From Octopus bimaculoides (lineage: Eukaryota): a stretch of 36,700 nucleotides of DNA. The first letter of the stretch is position 1; each line of letters starts with the position of its first letter. Shown here in pieces: positions 1-11,728 of the stretch. The notes beneath the pieces are model-generated. The model did no database searches and had not been told where the DNA came from. It saw only the letters and a program-made list of their open reading frames with translations. A program made the position numbers and the translations under genes. The DNA is taken from assembly GCF_001194135.2 (NCBI RefSeq), contig NC_068986.1, forward strand, positions 98,907,409 to 98,944,108. The letters run 5' to 3'.

Positions 1-93
1 TATATGTATGTATGCATGTATATATATATATGTATGTATGCATGTATATATATATATGTATGTATGCATGTATATATATATATGTATGTATGC

Positions 94-128
<35 letters not shown>

Positions 129-170
129 TGTATATGTACATATATGCATATACATAAGTTTATATATATA
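1..170. repeat. Compound minisatellite, about 4 units of GTATGTATGCATG+(TA)n, followed by degenerate TA/TG/GA/GATA microsatellites to about 780
   Basis: Directly visible repeated units; explains the overlapping low-complexity ORFs 4..817. Confidence 0.9.
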
Positions 171-965
171 CATATATGTATATGTGTGTGTATACACGCA
201 CATGTATGTATTCATATATGAATGTAGGTGTACATGCATGCGTATTAGATGTACACATATAATATATACACTGCGCACATGTACATCTACCCCGACACAC
301 ATATCCGTTTATTGGAAGCTGTGGACTTTTTTCTCGGTTCTTAATTTTGGCGCATACGTGCATAAATGCATATATGTATATGTTTAAGTATGTGCGTGTG
401 TCTATGATTGTATGTAGGCGCATATATGTGTAGATAATACACACATATATGTATGTACGTATGTATGTATGTATGTTTGTGTATATATGTGTGTGTGTGT
501 GTGTGTGTGCATGTATAGATAGACAGATAGTGGGAGAGAGATATATATATAGATAAGTATGAACACACAAATGCATACATTTATATATGCATATATGTGC
601 TCATCTCTCTCTCTTTCTCTCTCACTCTCTCTCTCTCTCTCTCTGTATATATATATACACACACATAACCTAAATAGAGGGGAAGTGAGAACGAGAGAGT
701 GACAGTGATGAAATTATTGATGGCCGGGCAGTCAGACAGACCGACATACGGATAGATAGATAGATAGATAGATAGATAGACAGATGTGCATACAGCAGTT
801 ACAGCATGGAGACACATTTAAAAGATTCAAGAACAAACAAAATCTGCTAACTTCACTTAATAAATTATTACTTCAAAATGGCTAAAGAGACTTCGTCGTT
901 ATAATTGTTTTATTTTCAACAAATGGTCTCCTATCAAATCACTTGCTAGACAACTATAATTCCGA

Positions 966-1000
<35 letters not shown>

Positions 1001-1229
1001 GTGTGCGCGTGTGTATATGTATGTGATAACTTTGTGAACTTAAGTTTTTAAATACGTGTACACATTTTTGAGGCATAGCTGTATAGTTAAAAAAGTCGCT
1101 TTGTAAACGTGTTTTTCTTTTTCTTTTTCTTTTTTTGTATTTGAGTGTTACTTTATTTTATCGAACATGGTGATCAATGCAAAGTTTACCTCGACTGAAT
1201 TGAATTCAGAAGGTAATCGTCCTTAACGA

Positions 1230-1464
1230 TTCTTATTTCTTTACTGCCCACAAGGAGCTAGACACAGAGGAGACAAGCAGGGACAGACAAAGGGATTAAG
1301 TCGATTACATCGACTCCAGTGCGTAACTGGTACTTAATTTATCGACCCAGAAAGGATGAAAGGCAAAGTCGACCTCAGCGGAATTTGAACGCAGAACATA
1401 AAGACAGACGAACTACCGCTAAACGTTTCGCCCGGCGTGCTAACGTTTCTGCCAGATCGCCGAC
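1230..1464 (-). mobile_element. tRNA-headed SINE, family B (Meta/MESC-like central domain), tail type a
   Basis: Near-identical to the copy at 11392-11630. Sense reading has a GAGCTGGCAGAA head, a TTCAAATTCC B-box-like motif, a GTCGACTTTGCCTTTCATCCTTTCGGGGTCGATAAATTAAGTACCAG-type core and an AAAGAAATAAGAA tail. The domain name is from recall. Confidence 0.85.
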
Positions 1465-1645
1465 CTCTTGTATTACAATAATAATAATACCAATAATCAT
1501 TTAGAATACGCATTGAAACGAACAAACAGCTAAGAATAAAATTTTGCCCTATAATTCTTATTACTTGTATCCATCATATTTGATCAGCTATCTTCGTCTA
1601 AGTAACATTCGTCACAGCACTGTATATCTATACTGAGTATTTTTC

Positions 1646-1752
1646 TCCAGTTGAATAATTAACGCAGTTTAAGGTTATAAATATTAAATAGAAATTTATA
1701 ATACAGTGAAGAAATGCGAAAAGTCTATTTAAGCATCCTAAACTGAAATAAA
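1646..1752 (+). repeat. Dispersed ~105-bp AT-rich repeat, copy 1 (pairs with 18338-18442)
   Basis: Manual alignment, roughly 85-90% identical by eye. Confidence 0.85.
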
Positions 1753-2141
1753 AACTTAATACAGACTTAGATTATAATTATATAGTTACATTATAAAGAA
1801 TTCGAACGCAAAATTTCATTTGATCTAAGAAAACAGCATCGTTTTTAGTACTGAATAAACTTAAATAATCTTTATGCTGAATTACGTCATGATACGGATC
1901 TTTTTCATTGATATACTTAATTATTGGTTGCATATCATCTGCTGCTTAATCATCGTCATTGTCATCATCATCATCATTGTCATCGTCGTCGTCATCACAT
2001 AGATATTCGTCTTTTGTATCATTCAATGAACGATACACAAACACACACATATATATATTTATATGTATGTGTGGGGGGTGCAAATCTCACTCTCTCTCTA
2101 TCTCTCTCTCTTTATCTCTCTCTCTCTCTCTATCTCTCTCC

Positions 2142-2211
<70 letters not shown>

Positions 2212-2699
2212 GAAATTTACAGAAAAACAAAAGACGAAGACAGGTGTATATGCATATATGTGTATGTATGTATGTACGTATGTATGTATGTATGTATGTA
2301 TATGTATCAGTACCATAGTGGGGATGGCTATAGTTCTATATACCATGGCTTTCGAGAGACACGATCCCTTAAACGGGCAAGATAGGTTGCTTTTGTAATT
2401 ACTTGTATGTTGTTGTAGTGGAAATTGTTTAAACGTATCTTAGGTTGTGGCACAATATATGGGAAACAATATCATCTACGCAAGAATGGCTGCCCTAACG
2501 TTATTAGTGTTGACGTTTATGCTGTATATTTGCATAGGCGGGAATTGCTGTCTTATTAGGGATAAATCGCTGGTTATAATAGAGTCTATATTCATGCTGC
2601 AAGGTAGATTAAACCAGATTACTTTCTTTCTATGCGGAGTATGCTCCTCATATAGCAATTTCTCGGTTAAGTTATTACATCCTAGCACATCGCTGTGAA

Positions 2700-2997
2700 G
2701 TGGAGGTGCAATGACCCAGTGGTTAGGGCAGCGGACTCGTGGTCGAAGGATCGCGGTTTCGATTCCCAGATCGGGCGTTGTGTATGTTTATTGAGCGAAA
2801 ATACCTAAAGCTCCACGATGCTCCGGCAGGGGGTGGTGGCGACCCCTGTTGTACTCTTTCGCCACAACTTTCTCTCACTGTTTCTTGAGTAACGCTGCGA
2901 TGGACTGGCGTCCCGTCCAGCTGGAGGAACACATACGCCATAGAAACCGGGAAACCGGGCCCATGAGCCTGGCTAGGCTTGAAAAGGGCGAAAAAAA
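2700..2997 (+). mobile_element. tRNA-derived SINE, family A head with an alternative 3' module and A-tail
   Basis: A-box TGACCCAGTGG and B-box GGTTTCGATTCCC. The first ~180 bp match 20104-20280. A 13-bp TSD ACATCGCTGTGAA lies at 2687-2699 and 2998-3010. Confidence 0.9.
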
Positions 2998-4570
2998 ACA
3001 TCGCTGTGAAAGAGAGTGGCGTTATTGAAAATGTTTTTTGTCAGAGAATAGGTCGAAAACTCTCCTACTTCAAACAGCTGCAGGGTTCCAAATTATGTCA
3101 GAAGGTGGTTGGAATTATTTTGCATGTATAATTTTCTCCGTTCACTTTCTATAGGAAATCCAGTGCTTTGCGTGAATACTTCTGAAAACCTTTGAATTCG
3201 ATAAAAAAAACTTATCACTATCGAGGGGCATGGTACCAAAACAATGATGAACGTTAATAAGTCACTTATAAGCCATAGCCACTCATACTAGAATTTAGTG
3301 GAATCTAAAAGTTACACTATCCAATAAAGCAATTTCTTATTTCTCTGAAAACATTCGAATACTACCGCCGATAGGAGAAGCTTATGGCTCTGAATATGAC
3401 AAACCAACGAGTCGTTTTAACATGAGATTAGATTATTTTATTGCTCTTTCTGGCTTTCTGTAACGAATCCTATGTAAACTAAATCTTTGTAGTCACAGAT
3501 TGTTTACCCTACGCTGTATGCAATAAACGAATGTAAACATCTTTTCTATTTGGAGATATATTCTGTAGCAAACTATTGCATTGAAACAAAACAACTTAAG
3601 ACATTAGTACTTTGTTTGTTTTTTTATCAAACAAACTGACAAGCGCGAATTATATAAGCAAATCGGTTTATCAAATTTACTTCAGCTCTTTGTAATAGTG
3701 AATTCACAAGCAGTGGCCTATTGATAATCAAAGATTGTACTCATTCACTTCATAATCTTGAGGAACCAAAAATGATGTTAGGACCAAGGTATCAATTATT
3801 CTCATGAATTAACATACCGTTTTTTAAATGGTCCGCTTCCTTTGGAAGCATGAATAAGTTGTTTACTACACGTATTTTTTTTCTCAATACGCCTCATCAG
3901 CACAAAACTGTCTCTCCTTGATTGCAGCCAGAGATAACACTTGGACATATGTGAAAAGAATGTGAAATATCTATAGTTAGAGTAATTTGGATAATTAAAA
4001 CGGAAGTTAACTACGATGAATATGTATAATGAATTTAGACAAGATAAACAAAATCTGGCGCATTAATTACCATACAATTCAAATTCTTAACTCGTTGAAA
4101 TTATTTTCTATTTCTGAGATGATAAATAAATGCATAGCGTTGATTGCTTCTAACAGCGAATGAGAAAGGGAAGTAATCTATAGTAAGCAAGATCTAACGT
4201 GAAGTAACATGGTGTTTAAGGAATATCTGGTTTGCTTCAGTTTTTCTGGGGAGCTACGTCAGAACTGTGAATACACGTCTCTGCACATTGTCTTAACATG
4301 ACGGGTAAAGAAATTACACAGTGCTGATGAAATCTCACAACTGAATGGGAATTTCGCCGGCTCATATATGTATGAGTGCATGTGTGTGTGTGTGTGTGTG
4401 AAATTGCATGTGTATGTGCATTTGTGTGTGAGTGTGTGTGTGGGGGGTGCTATCAACGATGAAGAGAGTACTCAATACAATCAAACATCTACACAAATAC
4501 ATACAGTCAAACATACATAAATAAATATGTGTACATTGATACAGAGGGTAGGAGAGAGACATATGTATGC

Positions 4571-4612
<42 letters not shown>

Positions 4613-4626
4613 AACTGTGTATATAT

Positions 4627-4840
4627 GCTGGCAGAATCGTTAGCATGCCGGGCGAAATACTTAACGGTATTTCGTCTGACGCTGCGTTCTGAGTTCAAAT
4701 TCCACCGAGGTCGTCTTTGCCTTTCATCCTTTCGGGACCGGTAAATTAAGTACCAGTGAAGCACTGGGGTTGATGTAATCGACTAGTCCTCTCACCCAAA
4801 AATTTTAGGCCTTATGCCAACAGTAGAAAGGATTGTTATT
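4627..4840 (+). mobile_element. SINE family B, tail type b
   Basis: Same head and core as 1230-1464; the 3' end reads AGGCCTTATGCCAACAGTAGAAAGGATT. Confidence 0.85.
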
Positions 4841-4954
4841 TTTATTGACTGTCATTTGCTTTTTATATTTAGTGTATAATTATAGGCAACGAAGAAAAAA
4901 CAGCTGAATGTAGAAGAGGAAGTTGAGATATTATCATCATCATTATTATTAATG

Positions 4955-5163
4955 AGGCAACGAGCAGGCAGAATCGTTAGCAGGCCGGGCAAAATGCATA
5001 GCAGCATTTCGCCCTCGCTACGTTCTAAGTTCAAATTCCGCTGACGTCGACTTTCACCCTTTCGGGGTCGATAAATTAAGTAGCAGTTGAGTACTGGGGT
5101 CGATGTAATCGACTATCCCCGTCCCCCCAATTTCAGACCTTGTGCCTATAGTAGAAAGGATTA
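4955..5163 (+). mobile_element. SINE family B, tail type b
   Basis: Aligns with 4627-4840 and ends GTAGAAAGGATT into (TAT)n. Confidence 0.85.
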
Positions 5164-5195
5164 TCATTATTATTATTATTATTATTATCATTATT

Positions 5196-5447
5196 GTTGC
5201 TGTTATTGCCTTTGCATAGCTTCTAACGCTGGAGATGTACTACAGTGTCAGCTGTTTACTACCAGTGAACTAAGGTAAAACCTCTTATTTTTCGAGCACC
5301 TTCCGGAGTATTCGAGTGGTTCCAAGCAGTGCTGTTTTCTGCAAGTGCTCCACCCTTATTGCAGCTCCTATTTGTTCCATATACTTCTCGAGATTTTTGC
5401 TCACTGTTCCCAGGGCTCAGATAATAATTATTGGTACTACTGCTACC
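5196..5447 (-). mobile_element. R4/Dong-like RLE non-LTR retrotransposon, 3' fragment A
   Basis: Minus strand reads VVPIII..ALGTVSKNLEKYMEQIGAAIRVEHLQKTALLGTTRILRKVLEK* (stop 5285-5287), then a short 3' UTR and (AAT)n. This is the typical end of the restriction-like endonuclease domain. Confidence 0.8.
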
Positions 5448-6140
5448 TTTTTCATCGACCACAACTGCTTAACTTCCCAAGCTAACCTGTCATATCTCAC
5501 CCAGAGACCTCAGGAGACAACAAGTTGAAAGTTCATGTTGGTGTTATTCCTAGGGTGCCATATATTTGGTTTTGCACATAGTATTGTTCCAGAGAATGTT
5601 TAAGAAAATTATGAGTTTGTTTCAAAATTTGAGATTACATAGATAGTATTTTACATAGGATATGTGCAGTTCCCATGAGCACTATCTTCTGAATTTCTGC
5701 CATTTTGGGGTTTTCTGGTATCTGAGCTAGGTAGGAATCATCCCCTTTTGCTACCATTCCCAGGGCACCTATGACAACAGGTATTGCTTTAGTATTCAGG
5801 TTCTATATTTTGCCAATTTCTATTTCAAGATCTTCATACTTGCTCAGTTTTTGGTAGGGCTTGACAGATGCATCTATGTCGATTGGGACAATCATATCAA
5901 TGAGGAGGCATGATCTTTGCCTGAAGTATTTCAATATGTTTGGCCTATTCGTATCTATTTTTCTGTCAGCTTGAAAGGTGAAGTTCCAGAGAAGTGTTAT
6001 GTGATCATTTTCAAGCACTGGAGGTGGTTTGTTTTCCCACCAGTTTTTATCATACGTCAGGTCCAGATTTTTGCAAATTTATCATGCCTGTGGAGATACT
6101 CAGTAAGCGCAAGAAGACTGCACATGGAGACAACATGAAT
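5448..6140 (-). mobile_element. R4/Dong-like RLE non-LTR retrotransposon, 3' fragment B (pseudogene)
   Basis: HVVSMCSLLALTEYLHRHD ... LENDHITLLWNFTFQADRKIDTNRPNI ... LLIDMIVP ... KLSKYEDL ... IPVVIGALG ... EIQKIVLMGTAHIL, with stops and frameshifts. Confidence 0.85.
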
Positions 6141-6244
6141 GCCATAAGACCCACGTTTACGTCCTTTTTCTCACTACGAAAAATGCCACTTTCTATTAAA
6201 AAACTACAGGTGTATTCAGTCAAGACAGATTATTATTATTATTT

Positions 6245-7425
6245 ACTTTTAATCTGCATGTTTGTTACAATCACTTGCTGAGACATACCCAATGCCCTAG
6301 GGCGAGTGAAGGATAGGAGATGTTACAGTATGACTGAAAGCTTGGGGAGGGGAAGTGGCAAGGGCAGTAGCGAAATCTTTTCATGTAATACAACTCAGAC
6401 ATTTAAATTTCTAAGAATGTTGGCAGTACTTATCAACACAATCTTTTGGATTTCTCTGAGACATCGTTCTCCTGGGATATTATCTAGATCATTCTGACAT
6501 CCCTTTCTTATCATACCTAGGGTACCCACAATAACAGGAACAGTTCTCGCTTTAAGGTGTTACGTCTTTTGTATTTCAATTTCCAGGTCCTTATATTTAC
6601 TTAATTTGTCAAATTCCTTTACGGATATATTTTTTATCAGTGGGAACACTTACATCTATTAGTCTACAAGTATTTTCTTCCATGTCTTTAATGACTATGT
6701 CTGGTTGATTAGCAAGGATCGTTCTGTCGATGTTGACTGGAGAATCCCAGAGGATAGTGACATTTTTACCGTCAACGACTGGCTCAGGATGATGTTCATA
6801 CCAGTAAGCAGGAGTGCTGATTTTGTAGTGTTTACATATTTTCCAATGTAAATACTGCCCTACCCTATCGTGGCGATCTTTGTATTCGTTTGGTGTCGGC
6901 ACAGGACATCTCGAGACGAGATGGACTATTGTTTCATCAAACTTATCACAAAATATGCATTTAAGATCAGAACCGTTTTGAAGAACGTTAAACCTGGTAG
7001 TTTTTGCTAAGCAAGCTTTGATGTTGTACCGTTGATATGAAACTTTCAGTCTCTGCTTTCAGTCCTGAGCTTATCAGTCACTGATGGGTTATTGCTTGGT
7101 CTACATTAGCTTCGAAGTATATACTGCCCATGCAGAGCTTTCTGGCTCCACCACTCCTCAATTTGTTTCTGCCCGTTCTGTTTCGCAGTCTGTTTCATCT
7201 GTTTTGCTTGTTTGCTGGCAGGGGTTTCAGGTTCTTCATCTAACTCAGGGTTAACGCCGAGTTCTCTTGCGAATTTGCAAGCCTCCTTATTTACTGCTTA
7301 TTTACTGCTTTCATGTTTGCACACAAGCCGCAGCATCCAGTCCTCTGTACTAGATAAGTACTTGTTCATTGCTATTGTAGAGGTCTTTACCTGCATCATT
7401 CATCTTCACCCATTATTTCTAGGTA
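6245..7425 (-). mobile_element. R4/Dong-like RLE non-LTR retrotransposon, 3' fragment C (pseudogene)
   Basis: WSQKALHGQY ... GLKAETESFI ... CCHC knuckle CIFCDKFDETIVHLVSRC, RHDRVGQYLHWKICK, ANQPDIVIKD..TCRLIDVSVPTD, PVIVGTLG; the 3' UTR ends in (AAT)n at 6229-6243. Confidence 0.9.
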
Positions 7426-7442
7426 ATTATTATTATTATTAA

Positions 7443-7487
<45 letters not shown>

Positions 7488-7517
7488 CATTGCTATTATT
7501 ATTATTATTATCATTGC

Positions 7518-7566
<49 letters not shown>
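7426..7566. repeat. (TAT)n microsatellite with a duplicated CATTGC interruption
   Basis: Directly visible. Confidence 0.95.
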
Positions 7567-7712
7567 TGGCTCAAATTCCGCCGATGTGGACTTTGCTTTT
7601 CATCCTTTCCTCCTTTATAAAATCATTACCAGACAAGTATTGTGGTCGATGTAATCAACACCCACCTCTTCTCAGAAACTGCAGGCCCTGTGCCAGGAGT
7701 TGAAACCATTAT
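7567..7712 (+). mobile_element. Degenerate 5'-truncated SINE family B
   Basis: CTCAAATTCCGCCGATGTGGACTTTGCTTTCATCCTTT matches the family B core. Confidence 0.65.
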
Positions 7713-7902
7713 TAATAATTATTTTTTTTATTTATAATGTATTTCCTATACAGCAATGAAAACATGTAGCATGAATAAAAAATATATCAAACCTTCGTTT
7801 TAATGTAGATTATATTATATTTCTAGTGTATATAGTTTACTTCCACCATAACATAGTTTTGCCTGATAAAACTAAAGATATATATCGTCTAGTACATTAT
7901 AG

Positions 7903-7942
<40 letters not shown>

Positions 7943-8011
7943 GCAGAGAGAGAGATATACGCAAACACACACACACACATATATGCAGTTTTAATTGAAA
8001 TTTGTTATATT

Positions 8012-8050
<39 letters not shown>

Positions 8051-8051
8051 C
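8012..8051. repeat. (TAG)n microsatellite
   Basis: Directly visible, about 13 units. Confidence 0.95.
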
Positions 8052-8814
8052 ATCTATACTGTTTTCGTAGCAGTGTTCATATGTTGAATTACTAAGAAAT
8101 TTGAATAAGGTTTCCATTTGTTGTGTTCCTTTTTTATATCCATATATTTTATTGTATTTCACAATATTCATTATACGAACCGTAATAATCATTAGTATTT
8201 TCGTCCACGCAGTATTCAATATCATTGTATTGATCTAGTGTTTAAAAAATAAACATTAATGAACATACTAAAATATAATCACAAGTTGGTTCCCCCTACG
8301 TACAAAAATATCTGTACGCTGTTTTTATAACGCAGTCGAGTCTTTCACTGCGATATTGAATTGTTTGTAATATAAGCATGCAATTTAATTTCTCGTGAAA
8401 TGCATTCATGAATCAATAATAGGAAAGAATAGAAGACATGATATATAAAAATGGGTTCGGAAACATGACAGCTGTTACATTGATAGTTGCATCGAATTTA
8501 TGGACTAGAATTAGCAGGAGGTAAGTCGTAGCTGTCAATAGCTGTATTCATACGTAATGCATGTCACAATTTATATCATTAAATTGGAATAGATTGAATA
8601 ATTGCTTATTAAGAAACATTGTTTACGAGATATGTGGCCCTCTATAACTTTATATTTATATTTAATTGCATGTGTTTTTATGTGTATTTATGTGCATGTG
8701 TGTATATGGATACATACACATACGCATATGTATTTTTATACACATATGTGTATACATAAACATATGTATATGTATTTAAATATTCATATATATTCTGCTC
8801 ATATGTGTGTGTGC

Positions 8815-8858
<44 letters not shown>

Positions 8859-8860
8859 GC

Positions 8861-11728
8861 ACATACATACATACATACATACATACATACATACATGATG
8901 CCATCAACTCGTGACCGAGGAAGACGATTGCCGACCTTCAGGAACATTGTGCGCTCTAGGACTAACTTATATTTTGCATTTGCGGCTCCGTTGGTGGCTA
9001 ATGAGCTCTGCTCTTGACAAACATACACGACTGCAAACATTGCAAACCAAGCTTTTCCCATTCACTATACGAGCCGTGCGCTTTCACGCAGCTCGCTTAA
9101 GTTCTTCACACTGGATACGTGCTTTCTCAAAAGTGTCGATCCCCTCCTTAACCTGCTTCTTCCATCTGTGGTGATGACAGGCATTGTTCTCCCAGTCAGT
9201 GTCCGGCATATCACAGGCCTTTAATGAGGACTTGACACAGTCCTTAAATCGCAACCTTGGTTTCTGCCGGAGTCTCCTTCCATTCACAAGTTCTCCATAG
9301 AGCATCTGCTTAGGGATTCTGCTATCCTTCATTCTAATAAGGTGTCCAGTCCAACGTAACCGGTGCTTGTGCACCATCGCCTCAATACTCAAGATATCAG
9401 CTGTCCTCAGGATCTGTGTGTCTGGATTTTTTGAGGTCCAGCCAACATTGAGAATGTGTCTGAGATATCTCTGATGAAAGCGTCCAAGGACCCTTACATG
9501 ACGTTTGTAAAAAGTTCTTGTCTCACATGAGTAGAGGAGCGATGTTAGTACACATGCACAGTACACAGCAACTTTTGTTTGCCTTGCAATGCCATGCTGA
9601 GACCAGACACGAAACTGAAGAGACCGGAAGGAATTAGTTGCTCTCTGCAACCTGAAAGATATTTCATCATTCAGGAAGCAAGAACAGCTGAATGTGCTGC
9701 CTAGGTAAACAAAGTTGTCTAGTATTTTCAGAATTGTTCCTTCAACCAAGATCGCTGGTTCCACATTTGGGTTTCCTGGTGCAGGTTGGAACATTAAAAC
9801 AGCCTTGTCCAGGCTAATGCTGAGTTCAAATGCCTTGCAAGAAGCAGAAATGCAATTCATGAATATTTACATATCATCCACTGTATGAGTCATCTGCATA
9901 AAGGCAGTCACGAATAATAGACTGGAGATCTTTTGAATTGGCAGCAAATGGACGAAGATTAAAGAAGCGGCCAGAAGATCGATATCTGACATATATTCCC
10001 AGAGAGCTAGCTTTAGCAAAAGCATGAGTAAAAGCAGCAGCAAAGTACAAAGAAAAGAGAGTTGGGGCAAGGATGTCACCCTGATTGACACCATTCTCTA
10101 CAGGAATGAATCCCACCACGCCACCACCAACATTGACCCAAGCCTCCATCCCATCATGAAATGATTTTATTATAGATACAAAGTGATCAGGACATCCAGG
10201 TTTGCCAAGTATTTTCCATAGAAAGGCCCTATTTACTGTATCAAAGGCCTTTGTTAGATCAATGAATACTTGGACAAGGTCCATATTCTGCTCATAGCAC
10301 TTCTGCATCTGTCTTGCTGTGAAAATAATATCCATTGTCCCTCTACCAGATCGGAAGCCACATTGAGATTCAGATAGGACATCATTTACAAGACACCCAT
10401 TCAGACGGGTAAGAAGAATATTTGCCAGAACCTTGCCAGCAGCTGATAGTGGAGCAATACCTCTGTAGTTACCACACATTGTTCTGGCTTCTTTTCCTTT
10501 ATATAGAGGAAGAATAATTGCATCCTTCCAGTCCTTATGCATTGCACCATCCCTCCAGACTGCACTAATAAGTTCATGAAGGGACTGTGTGATGTAATTA
10601 CCACCAAATCGCAAGACCTCAGCACAAATTCCATCCTTTCCAGGTGCCCTATCAAGATTCAATTTACTTATTGATGTCATTACTTCATCTCTTGAGGGCG
10701 AGGAGTTTAAGGAACCAATGATAGGTCTTTGTTGCATAGTATCGATCACTGTTTCATCCACATCTGACTCATGGTTTAGGAGTTCAGAGAAGTGTTCGAT
10801 CCAGCGACCTGTGATTTCTGTTGATTTAGTAAACAGAATGGAAGACTTCTTGGAAAGCAAAGGAGCGGATGTGGAGCTCTTAGGTCCATAAGCTTGCTTC
10901 ATAAGATGGTAAAGCATCATGCTGTCATTTGCATCAGCAGCAGCCTGAACATCACGAGCAAGATCCTCCCACCAAGTGTTCTGCATTTTCCTGAGAGATC
11001 GTTGCAGTAGTGATTTTACACTGCTATAGTGGGCAAGTGCTAGACTTCGCTGCACAGTAGACAGTTCTCTGTGTAGCAATACATTGTGGGCATGGCGCTT
11101 TACCACCAATATTCGCTGAACTTCAGCATCATTTTCATCAAACTAGTCTCTATGTCTGGCAGTAGCATATCCCAGTGTTTCAGCGGCACACTGAAGAACC
11201 TGGTCTCGAAAGTCTTCCCATGCAGCAGTATTTTCAATGCTGGACAAGGGAGTCTGAAGCTCTTTCCTCACCACAACATCATATATCTTGTGGACATTCA
11301 TACGCCGAGGAATGCTGATTGGTCCTCTTCTCTCTTTCACTTTAATCATCATTCGGAACTTTGCTCGCACAAAACGGTGGTCTGTCCAGCATTCTTATTT
11401 CTTTACTGCCCACAAGGGGCTACACACAGAGGGGACAAACAAGGACAGACAAAGGGATTAAGTTGATTATATCGACCCCAGTGCGTAACTGGTACTTATT
11501 TAATCGACCCCGAAAGGATGAAAGGTAAAGTCGATCTCGGCGGAATTTGAACTCAGAACGTAGCGGCAGACGAAATACCGCTAAGCATTTCGCCCGGCGT
11601 GCTAACGTCTCTGCCAGCTCGCCGCCTTCTGATAGATGAAAGGACTTGTCATTACAAATGTCATAGATGTCGCGCTTGCAGATGATGACATAATCCAGCA
11701 AGTGCCAAACTTTAGACCTTGGGCATCG
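8861..11728 (-). mobile_element. RTE-clade LINE, 5'-truncated, frameshifted, with (GTAT)n 3' tail
   Basis: APE C-terminus PRSKVWHLLDYVII...WTDHR. RT motifs KAPGKDG-like RAPGKDGI, NYRGI, ESQCGFRSGRGT, FIDLTKAFDTV, GVNQGDILAPTLF, LYADD (ORF 9874..11109). C-terminal ORF 9084..9860 has YLGS, LLYSCET, RLRWTGH. A terminal C2H2-like VCNVCSRVCLSRAELISHQ, a short 3' UTR and the (ACAT)n tail at 8861-8896 follow. Confidence 0.95.
11392..11630 (-). mobile_element. SINE family B (tail a) nested in the RTE endonuclease region
   Basis: Full-length copy flanked by TTCT at 11392-11395 and 11627-11630; removing it restores the RTE frame. Confidence 0.92.

Noticed and set aside
4-817. Overlapping ORFs rich in Y/I/V/C/M/H/T, and similar ones at 1924-2398, 8602-9017, 27785-28348 and 31044-31450
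   Set aside because: Translations of TA/TG/GA/TAT microsatellites, which lack stop codons in some frames.
3855-3905. Minus-strand CTGATGA followed by a CGTATT/AATACG hairpin; also CTGATGA at about 4324 and CTGAAGA at about 34068
   Set aside because: No GAAA correctly placed after stem II and no stems I/III, so these are not hammerheads.
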